In this document: piece by piece, positions 25,648 through 32,382 of the stretch
Numbering within the stretch: position 1 is the stretch's first letter
How the letters are laid out: each line of letters starts with the position of its first letter
IMG/VR virus record: IMGVR_UViG_3300044709_000203
Span: 1-35,025 of that record
Direction: 5' to 3' (one strand)
Source: a virus
Taxonomy: Duplodnaviria; Caudoviricetes
DNA length: 35,025 nt
Position numbers and translations under genes: made by a program
Notes under the pieces: generated by a model
Told to the model about the DNA's origin: nothing
The model's input: only the letters and a program-made list of their open reading frames with translations
The model's database searches: none

Positions 25648-25750
25648 GGTCCAGAAATCCGTCCGGTTCTCAGGAGAGCGCGACCGGGATGGTCGCGCGA
25701 GCCGCTATGGAGGATCAGGCCTGCGCGGGCGGCGGCACAAGAGCGGCGAT

Positions 25751-25791
25751 GCTCAGATTGCTCGGATTGCTCGGATTGCTCGGATTGCTCG
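25751..25791. repeat. 9-bp tandem repeat (GCTCGGATT) x ~4.5
   Basis: gctcagatt gctcggatt gctcggatt gctcggatt gctcg; intergenic. Confidence 0.95.
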
Positions 25792-25821
25792 CGTCACGTG
25801 GTGGGTCTGGTTGTCGAATGT

Positions 25822-26226
25822 TCACACAACTGCAGCCCGCTCGGGCGGCCGTCGCGGAATGCGCTTCCAGTGAATCGCCTGCAGGAACGCGACGAAGCGA
25901 TCGAGATGAATCCGATGGACGCGCCTGCCGTTGATGGTCAGCGTCTCGGCTTCAAGCTTCACGAGCTCGCCCTCGATCATCACGCCTTCATCGATCGCTG
26001 CTCGGACCCAGTCCGTCGAAAAGCCCATCCAGTCGGCACATTCCCGCGTGGTCAGAGGCGGATCGCTGAGGCGGTCGCCACCGATGATCGCGTACTGATG
26101 CCGCAGGTCCCGGCGTTCGCCGCTCGCGGGCGGCCGCACCGGCGCCGATCGCGCGAGGAACGCGCGGCAGCCCGGACAGGACTCACGGTTTTGCCCGTCT
26201 TCGTCGCCGCACAGCTCGCACGTCAT
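25822..26226 (-). CDS. HTH DNA-binding protein, paralog B, with N-terminal Zn finger
   Basis: CELC...CPGC, then PPLTTRECADWMGFSTDWVRAAIDEG...RIHLDRFVAFL. Confidence 0.75.
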   Translation of the reverse strand: MTCELCGDEDGQNRESCPGCRAFLARSAPVRPPASGERRDLRHQYAIIGGDRLSDPPLTTRECADWMGFSTDWVRAAIDEGVMIEGELVKLEAETLTINGRRVHRIHLDRFVAFLQAIHWKRIPRRPPERAAVV

Positions 26227-26308
26227 CTGCCCTATCGTCGTTCACGAATCGATCCGATGGATCAGCCGAACTGTTGTAGGCGGAACCCCGACACGAAACG
26301 GATGAGCG

Positions 26309-27145
26309 ATGGCACGAGCGACCTGGAAAGGTTTTCTGAAAATCAGCCTGGTGAACATCCCGATCAAGGTGTTCCCGGCCACCGAGTCGAGCGCGGGGAT
26401 CTCCTTCAATCAGCTCCACAGCGAGTGCCAGACGCGCATCCAACAGAAGCGTTGGTGTCCGCTTTGCGACCGCGAGGTGCCGAACTCGGAGATCGTCAAG
26501 GGCTATGAGTTCGAGAAGGGGCGCTACGTTCTGTTGTCCGAGGAGGATTTCGACAACGTTCGCACCGCCTCGACGAACGTCATCGACCTGGTCCAGTTCG
26601 ACGAAGACTCCGCGATCGATCCGATGTATGTCGATCGGACGTACTACCTCGCGCCAGACGGCGCCGGCGCCAATGCCTATGCGGTCATTCGCGAGGCGCT
26701 CATCGGCAAAGTCGGCGTCGGCAAGCTCGCCATCTACGGCCGCGAGTACCTCGTCGCGGTTCGGCCGTACGCGCATGGACTCGTGATGCACACGCTGCAT
26801 CACGCCGCCGAGCTGCGTCCGATGGACGTCGTCGACGAGCTCAACGCGGTTCCGACGACAGTCAGCGCGGACGAAGTGAAGCTCGCGCGCCAGGTGATCA
26901 GCGTGTTCGACCGGCCCCTCGATCTCGCGCAGTTCAGGGACGAGTACCGTGCAGGGCTGCAGCGGATCATCGACGCGAAGATCGCCGGCGACGAAACCGT
27001 CGGCGTGCCGGCCGTCGGCCCGACGAAGGGCACAGTCGATCTCCTGACGGCGCTGAAGAAGAGTCTCCAAGAGGTCAGCGCGAGAAAAAAGCGATCCGCG
27101 AAAGCGGTCGCGTCCTTCCCTTCTGCTAAACGCAAACGCGCCTGA
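26309..27145 (+). CDS. ku: Prokaryotic Ku DNA end-binding protein
   Basis: MARATWKGFLKISLVNIPIKVFPA, FNQLH, IVKGYE, YYLAPD, FRDEY, VDLLTALKKSL plus a basic tail. Confidence 0.96.
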   Translation: MARATWKGFLKISLVNIPIKVFPATESSAGISFNQLHSECQTRIQQKRWCPLCDREVPNSEIVKGYEFEKGRYVLLSEEDFDNVRTASTNVIDLVQFDEDSAIDPMYVDRTYYLAPDGAGANAYAVIREALIGKVGVGKLAIYGREYLVAVRPYAHGLVMHTLHHAAELRPMDVVDELNAVPTTVSADEVKLARQVISVFDRPLDLAQFRDEYRAGLQRIIDAKIAGDETVGVPAVGPTKGTVDLLTALKKSLQEVSARKKRSAKAVASFPSAKRKRA

Positions 27146-27148
27146 CGG

Positions 27149-27178
27149 AGACAGACGGCGTGCGCGTTCCCGTCTGTC
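27149..27178. terminator. Hairpin between the convergent ku and 27198..27914 genes
   Basis: GACAGACGG...CCGTCTGTC stem just after the ku stop. Confidence 0.55.
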
Positions 27179-27197
27179 CCCCACCGGCGGGCGTGCG

Positions 27198-27914
27198 TTA
27201 GCTCGCGCGATCGCGATCGCCGACGTTGGACCCGCTGCTGGCCGTGACCACCTGGTCGAGCACCGTGCTCGAAATGTGCGGCTCGAGGATGACGCGGCCC
27301 TCGGATTTGAACGCGCCGGCGACGTCGTCGAGCGTCGTCAGTGGCTTGCCGCCCGTCGAGAAGCACTTGGCGCCCTGGCTCATGCCCTGACGGATGTCGT
27401 TCATGAACTGCTGGACGCTCGCGCGATCGTTCCACGTGCCCTGCGTCGTCTGATCGGCCATAGAACCTCCTGCCTCCGACTCTAACGCACGACTCGCACG
27501 ATCGTCATCGCCATCTCGCGGTCGAGCCGGCTGGTCGCTGTTGAGAACCTCGAGCGTCTTCACGATGCCGCGCAGCGTGGGCAGCCAGACGCAGATCGGC
27601 CAACTGTAGGTGTTGATCGGCCAACGGCCTTCGTGGAGCAACGCGGCGCTGACGCAGTTGCAGACCCACTCGATTTCCGCTTCGCGACTTCGCCAGTACC
27701 AGTAATCCGGCGCTTGTGCGCGGAATCGGTCGGTCGTTTCCCGGGACGCGATCCCGAGTAGCCACCCGAGTTGCTCCGGCAGCAACCCACGACACGCCTC
27801 GAAGCCGTCGACGCTGCCGCGTAACCGGTCCGCGTCATCTGGTCGCGTGTAGTCGGCGCGCGCCGCGGTGATGCCGTCATCGATGATGCGCGCGAGAAAC
27901 TGTTCGTACGTCAT
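27198..27914 (-). CDS. Hypothetical protein, possibly a fusion of two ORFs
   Basis: Internal GGAGG-ATG at 27461 (MADQTTQG...). Confidence 0.6.
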   Translation of the reverse strand: MTYEQFLARIIDDGITAARADYTRPDDADRLRGSVDGFEACRGLLPEQLGWLLGIASRETTDRFRAQAPDYWYWRSREAEIEWVCNCVSAALLHEGRWPINTYSWPICVWLPTLRGIVKTLEVLNSDQPARPRDGDDDRASRALESEAGGSMADQTTQGTWNDRASVQQFMNDIRQGMSQGAKCFSTGGKPLTTLDDVAGAFKSEGRVILEPHISSTVLDQVVTASSGSNVGDRDRAS

Positions 27915-28141
27915 CGCCGTTCATTCGTCTGCCGCCACTGCTCGGCCTCCCACGCGGCCAGATCGGCGACCTCGACGTGGTACGGCTGCCCGCACTGCAG
28001 ACAGCGACACTGGTCCGGGAGCAGCGCGAGCGTCCACGGATCGCGCCGCATCTTCACGATTCCTTCCACACAGTAGCGACACGTGCCGGCGTGCGCGTGA
28101 AAGGTGATCGGCTCGGAGGGTTGCTCGGTGCGAAAGATCAT
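27911..28141 (-). CDS. Small Zn-finger protein
   Basis: CRYC...CRCLQC; ATGA-coupled. Confidence 0.6.
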   Translation of the reverse strand: MIFRTEQPSEPITFHAHAGTCRYCVEGIVKMRRDPWTLALLPDQCRCLQCGQPYHVEVADLAAWEAEQWRQTNERR

Positions 28142-28416
28142 GGCCTCGCCCGAGTCGCCGTCAGCTGCGCCCGCAACTTCGCGAGCTCGCGCGCCGGGTC
28201 GTAGCGATCGCGCGGATCCGCGAATTCGGCGATGATGCCGGGCCGCAGCTCGCCGGGTTTCGGTTTCGGCGGGATCTTCATCGGGCGCACCACGGCGGTG
28301 TGGCACGTCGGACAGCGGCGCCGGCCCTGCGTCAACAGCCAGCCGCGGCACGCCGGACACCAGCGCGCGGATCGCGAGGGCGGATCGCTGTCGGGGGTGA
28401 GCTGCTCGCGCGTCAT
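28138..28416 (-). CDS. Small Zn-ribbon protein
   Basis: CPAC...CPTC; ATGA-coupled. Confidence 0.6.
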   Translation of the reverse strand: MTREQLTPDSDPPSRSARWCPACRGWLLTQGRRRCPTCHTAVVRPMKIPPKPKPGELRPGIIAEFADPRDRYDPARELAKLRAQLTATRARP

Positions 28417-28715
28417 CGTCGTTGTCGGAGCCGATACGCTTTCCAGTCCGGAAACACGCGATCGAGGTAGTCCCGCGCGCGCGCTTTGTTGGCGCGTGTG
28501 CCTTCGAGCAGCGGCGAGAGCGCCTCGGTGTGCCCGTCGTCCTCGAGGCCGGCGAGGGTCTGCGCCAGCACGCGCATTAGCGTCCCGAGATGCTCCACAT
28601 GGAGGCGGATCTCGCTCGGGCCGCACACGTCGCAGTCGATCGTCACGATCGCGTAGGGCGGATCGCCATCGCTGTCGGGCAACTCGACGAGGACTTTGCT
28701 GTAGTGCCGCGCCAT
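28413..28715 (-). CDS. Hypothetical protein
   Basis: MARHYSKVLVEL...CDVC; GGAG RBS with TGATG coupling. Confidence 0.6.
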   Translation of the reverse strand: MARHYSKVLVELPDSDGDPPYAIVTIDCDVCGPSEIRLHVEHLGTLMRVLAQTLAGLEDDGHTEALSPLLEGTRANKARARDYLDRVFPDWKAYRLRQRR

Positions 28716-28843
28716 CAGCGCTGCTCCACGTCGCGCCTGTGGCGGCCCACCTGGAAGGCTCCGCACGCGGCGGCCCAGTCGACGTGGGACTTATGACCGC
28801 GCGGCCACTTTCTCGCAGGCGTGCAGGGCCGCCACAAGATCAT
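28715..28843 (-). CDS. Very small hypothetical protein (42 aa)
   Basis: MILWRPC...RRDVEQR; TGATG coupling at both ends. Confidence 0.45.
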   Translation of the reverse strand: MILWRPCTPARKWPRGHKSHVDWAAACGAFQVGRHRRDVEQR

Positions 28844-29094
28844 CAGAGCTGCTCCAGGTCCCGCCGCCGAGACGGTCCGCTCTTCTCGGTGACCTGCGAC
28901 AGCGATGTCTCTGGCGCGACCCCGAGTAGCCGATCGCGTAACGTCAGGATGGCGTGCGACGCGATCCCCTTCACGTATGCCCACTCCGCGGCCCGAACGT
29001 CGGCCGGCAATTCGGAGTCGTCGAGCGGCGGCAGTTCGTTGCCGATGCGGAGGACGAGCGTCATCAAGTCGGCGGCTATCTGCTCGCGTGTCAT
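28843..29094 (-). CDS. Hypothetical protein
   Basis: MTREQIAADLMTLVLRIG...RRRDLEQL. Confidence 0.58.
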   Translation of the reverse strand: MTREQIAADLMTLVLRIGNELPPLDDSELPADVRAAEWAYVKGIASHAILTLRDRLLGVAPETSLSQVTEKSGPSRRRDLEQL

Positions 29095-29300
29095 CAGAGC
29101 TGCTCCAGGTCCTTCCGCCGCCGCACGGGGTAATGCGGCTCCGCCGTGCCAAAGCCGCGCGACCACTCGTAGCGCGTCGCCGTCGCCTTCCGCAGGGGCT
29201 CGGGTCCTGGCGGCCCGTGCTGAATGTCGGCCGTGTCCCGCCACTCAAAGCGGTCGCCGATCGCGAGCTCGCCGAACGTCACGGCAGGCCGGCGCGGCAT
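29094..29300 (-). CDS. Hypothetical protein
   Basis: MPRRPAVTFGELAIGDRFEW...RRRKDLEQL. Confidence 0.55.
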   Translation of the reverse strand: MPRRPAVTFGELAIGDRFEWRDTADIQHGPPGPEPLRKATATRYEWSRGFGTAEPHYPVRRRKDLEQL

Positions 29301-29824
29301 CGCAGCTGCTGCAGATCGTCGCGCCGAATCTTCCACCCGCCGTCCCGCTCCGCCGGCAGGCGGCCCTCGGCAATCGCGCGCCGCAGGTAGGTCCGCGACC
29401 AGCCCGACGCCGCGGCCGCTTCCGCCAGGGTCAGCACCCACTTCTGAGAACTCTCAGAAGTCTTCTCAGAGGTCGGCACCGGCGTCGCCGCCGCGATGGC
29501 CTGGACGGCGGCGCCGAGGAACTCCCGGAACAGCTCGGCGCCGCCGGTTGCGTGTGCCGGCACCGCGAGGCTTCGGCCGTTGCCGCGCCCGACGTCCGTG
29601 CCGGCCGGTACAACGAACGCGGCGGGCACTGTCCGCCGCTCAGACGCGAGCCGGGCGACATCCTCGGGGTGAAAGACCGCCAGCGCCGGCCCGTGCGCCT
29701 GCGGCCGAGAGGCCTGCTGCAGTTTCTTCGCCTGCGCCCACGCTTCGATCGTTTTGGTCGAGACGCCGATCGCCTCGGCCGCCTGCTGTTTGGTGAGCCA
29801 GTCGTTGAGCTCCGGCGGCGTCAT
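29279..29824 (-). CDS. Tandem double excisionase-type HTH protein
   Basis: WLTKQQAAEAIGVSTKTIEAW and VLTLAEAAAASGWSRTYLRRAIAEGRLPA...WKIRRDDL. Confidence 0.82.
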   Translation of the reverse strand: MTPPELNDWLTKQQAAEAIGVSTKTIEAWAQAKKLQQASRPQAHGPALAVFHPEDVARLASERRTVPAAFVVPAGTDVGRGNGRSLAVPAHATGGAELFREFLGAAVQAIAAATPVPTSEKTSESSQKWVLTLAEAAAASGWSRTYLRRAIAEGRLPAERDGGWKIRRDDLQQLRCRAGLP

Positions 29825-30117
29825 GGCTTCTCAGAAGTCGGGCGCGACTTCTCAGAGGTTTCGCGTGGAACGTCTGGCTCGAGCTTGCTGGCCATCACCA
29901 TCGCGACGATGTGCGCGTCGACGCCCACGGGGTGCGGTGTGATACCCCGATCGCGCGCGCGCGACAGGATGTCCTCGCAGCGATTCACGTGGACGGCCGG
30001 GCTACCGGTGACTAGTCCGTACTGCCGCGCGCTGTCCAGCAACAGCGCGGCTTGCGCGGCATTCGCCGCGTCCTGCCATTCCGCGGGCGTTCGAGGGTCG
30101 CGCACGTTCTCACGCAT
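29821..30117 (-). CDS. Hypothetical phage protein
   Basis: DPRTPAEWQDA...LLDSARQYGLVTG; coupled. Confidence 0.6.
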   Translation of the reverse strand: MRENVRDPRTPAEWQDAANAAQAALLLDSARQYGLVTGSPAVHVNRCEDILSRARDRGITPHPVGVDAHIVAMVMASKLEPDVPRETSEKSRPTSEKP

Positions 30118-30304
30118 TGCAGACCGCCGACAGGATGGCCTTCCACCGTTCGGTGTTCGCGCACATCGCGACGATGTACGCCGCGACGAGCAGCGCGTCG
30201 TCTTCCGAGAGGCGCCGCGGCACCGGGAGCAGGAAGACGAACTCGCCGTTGGTCCGGGCGATGCCGAACTTGTTCGTCACGTCGATCGCGGATTCGTCGC
30301 GCAT
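30110..30304 (-). CDS. Hypothetical protein
   Basis: AAGGAG RBS with TGATG coupling; MRDESAIDVTNKFG. Confidence 0.6.
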   Translation of the reverse strand: MRDESAIDVTNKFGIARTNGEFVFLLPVPRRLSEDDALLVAAYIVAMCANTERWKAILSAVCNA

Positions 30305-30546
30305 CACGGATGCTCCTTCCCGACGCCGAATTCGTGAATCTGCCACTTCATCGTGCGCGCCCACTGATCGACGAGCAGAAACGCCGCGGTCGAGGTCGGC
30401 GCCTCGCGGGCCAGCAGCGCCGCGAGCTCGTAGGCGAGCGCTGCGGCTTGCACGTCCGGCGGTTCGCGCCGCACACGCAGCCAGGCGCGCAGCGTCGTCG
30501 TCAGATCCGCCGCCGAGTCCGTGCGCGGATCGGATTGGTGCGTCAT
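30304..30546 (-). CDS. Hypothetical protein
   Basis: Coupled chain of early ORFs. Confidence 0.55.
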   Translation of the reverse strand: MTHQSDPRTDSAADLTTTLRAWLRVRREPPDVQAAALAYELAALLAREAPTSTAAFLLVDQWARTMKWQIHEFGVGKEHP

Positions 30547-30734
30547 GACTGGCGCCCGCCCTTCTTCGGCAGCGTGCCCGTGTCGCGCAAGCGTTGGATC
30601 CAGGCGTCGGCGTTCGCGAACCCGATACGGTGGCCACCGTCGTGAATGTTCAGTAGGTTCGCGTAATGACTTTGCAACTTCACCGATTCCTCGAGCGCGA
30701 GGCGCAGCTCGTCGATCGACGGCTTTGCGCTCAC
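30543..30734 (-). CDS. Hypothetical phage protein
   Basis: ALEESVKLQSHYANLLNIHDGG; coupled. Confidence 0.62.
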   Translation of the reverse strand: MSAKPSIDELRLALEESVKLQSHYANLLNIHDGGHRIGFANADAWIQRLRDTGTLPKKGGRQS

Positions 30735-31054
30735 TGTTGCCCCTCGGGGCCTTTCATCAGGCGATCGCCGGCGATGAGCTGATCCAGATACTCCCGCGCC
30801 GCCGGCGACTGTTGGAGCAGCTCGCGCACGTTCGCGCGCCCTTGCTCGGTCAACTTGAACATCGCGACGTTGTCGGGGCCGACACGCACGGTCACGTCGC
30901 CGGCGAGCACCATCGCCAACAACTCTTGCGACATGCGGGCATTCTCGCCCCAGCGCACGACACGCTGCGCCTCGTCATCGCTCGGCCGATCGGGTAGCGT
31001 CTGTTCAATCAGTTGATTGAGCAGTGCATCGACTTCGTGATCGGCGAGGCTCAT
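30731..31054 (-). CDS. Hypothetical protein
   Basis: GGAG RBS; MSLADHEVDALL. Confidence 0.58.
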   Translation of the reverse strand: MSLADHEVDALLNQLIEQTLPDRPSDDEAQRVVRWGENARMSQELLAMVLAGDVTVRVGPDNVAMFKLTEQGRANVRELLQQSPAAREYLDQLIAGDRLMKGPEGQQ

Positions 31055-31103
31055 CGTGGCTCCACGCTCAGCCGCTCGATCGTCAGTGGCACACCGGTCG
31101 TCA

Positions 31104-31436
31104 TCAGTGCCTCGGCCCGCGCACGTCGGGGTCACCCTCGGCGGCGGCGGCGTGCGCCTCAAACCACGCGCGCTGGTGGGCGAGCAGCGCCGTGGCGTGC
31201 TCGGCGCCTTCCGCCTCGGCGCGCGCGCGGCGGATCCGCAGCTGATGCTCGGCCTCGGCGCGCCGCTGCCATTCCGCGATCGCCGCGATCCCGGCCGCCG
31301 TGCACGCGTTCACGCCCATCAGCGTGTAGGCCCCGACCGCCAGATTCAGCCCCGCGGCGAGCAGATTCCCGCCGATGCCGATGATCCTGACGATCGTCAG
31401 CCACCGCGGAGTCGGCGCGTGCGGGGTGCGCATCAC
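31104..31436 (-). CDS. Membrane protein with C-terminal coiled coil
   Basis: Two hydrophobic segments; coupled to the upstream ORF. Confidence 0.55.
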   Translation of the reverse strand: MMRTPHAPTPRWLTIVRIIGIGGNLLAAGLNLAVGAYTLMGVNACTAAGIAAIAEWQRRAEAEHQLRIRRARAEAEGAEHATALLAHQRAWFEAHAAAAEGDPDVRGPRH

Positions 31437-31666
31437 CGCCGCTCCACGGCCACGCGCTCGATGGCCCGCACCTGGTAGGACTGGCCGGCCGCCGTGTGCT
31501 GCTCGACCCCGACCGCGACGCGGCTCGACACTTCCTCGTGCACCTGCGTGTTCACGCGCTCGAGGTCCTCGACCTGGAAGACGTCGACGACGACGGTGAG
31601 CGTGACGGCAGCTCGGATCGTGCGCGGCGCGGGTGAGCCGATGCCTGCCGTATCGCTGGGCTTCAT
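31433..31666 (-). CDS. Hypothetical protein
   Basis: MKPSDTAG...; real start inside the long track ORF. Confidence 0.5.
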   Translation of the reverse strand: MKPSDTAGIGSPAPRTIRAAVTLTVVVDVFQVEDLERVNTQVHEEVSSRVAVGVEQHTAAGQSYQVRAIERVAVERR

Positions 31667-31668
31667 GG

Positions 31669-31911
31669 CTAGATCGATGCCAACGCGCGATTCATGGCGA
31701 AGCGGATGATGCGCAAGTCTCGTTCGGTGAGGACGATTTTGAACGTGTCGCCTGGCTGACCGTGGACGACGTCGACGATGTCCTTGAGGTGCGGCGCGAG
31801 CCGTCGGCCGACAACGCGATCCCGGACATGGCCAATCATCTCGCGCACGTCCTGGGCGTTCGCCGCCGTCGAGAACTCGGGATCGAAACTGTCGGAGACG
31901 GGGCCGGGCAT
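31669..31911 (-). CDS. Hypothetical protein
   Basis: AAAGGA RBS. Confidence 0.58.
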   Translation of the reverse strand: MPGPVSDSFDPEFSTAANAQDVREMIGHVRDRVVGRRLAPHLKDIVDVVHGQPGDTFKIVLTERDLRIIRFAMNRALASI

Positions 31912-31923
31912 CGTCGTTCCTTT

Positions 31924-32127
31924 CTACGCGCGATCGCCGCCATTGCGTCGCCCCATCGGCGGGGCCATGTGCGCGAGCGATTGCCGCAGCTCCTGTTTGA
32001 GGCGCCGCTGCCGCTCTTCCTCGTCGAGCCGCCGCGCGCGTCGCGTCTCCACGCGATGAATCCAGAACACGGCCACGCCGAGCGTTGTGATCGCCATGCC
32101 GAACCAAAACCAGAGATCGGCCGACAT
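31924..32127 (-). CDS. Small single-TM protein
   Basis: AAGGAGG RBS; LWFWFGMAITTLGVAVFW. Confidence 0.6.
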   Translation of the reverse strand: MSADLWFWFGMAITTLGVAVFWIHRVETRRARRLDEEERQRRLKQELRQSLAHMAPPMGRRNGGDRA

Positions 32128-32142
32128 GCACTCGCCTCCTTT

Positions 32143-32382
32143 TTATCGCTGGCGCTTCCGCGGCACGCATCGCGAGCAGAGATTCGGCTCGACCCAGATG
32201 CACCCGCCCGGGCACGCGCGCTCGTCGGTGCAGCCGCACTCGCGACAGACGCCGTGCTCCGTGAAGACGAATTTGCCGTCGACGCGCACCGTCGGCGCCT
32301 GCGCGGCCGCCGCCTCGAGCCGCGCGCAGGCCTCCTCGAGCGTCAGCGGTGGCGGCGCTGGGCGCCGGCGTTCGGCTCTCAT
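32143..32382 (-). CDS. Cys-rich Zn-binding phage protein
   Basis: CRECGCTDERACPGGCIWVEPNLCSRC; ATGA overlap at 32382. Confidence 0.72.
   Translation of the reverse strand: MRAERRRPAPPPLTLEEACARLEAAAAQAPTVRVDGKFVFTEHGVCRECGCTDERACPGGCIWVEPNLCSRCVPRKRQR

Noticed and set aside
25751-25791. CRISPR-like array
   Set aside because: The units are 9 bp and contiguous, with no spacers and no cas genes.
28232-30337. Long plus-strand ORFs (e.g. 701 aa here, also 2532..3737, 6253..7668, 12586..13911, 25366..26508)
   Set aside because: Arg/Ala/Pro-rich antisense shadows of well-supported minus-strand genes in GC-rich DNA.
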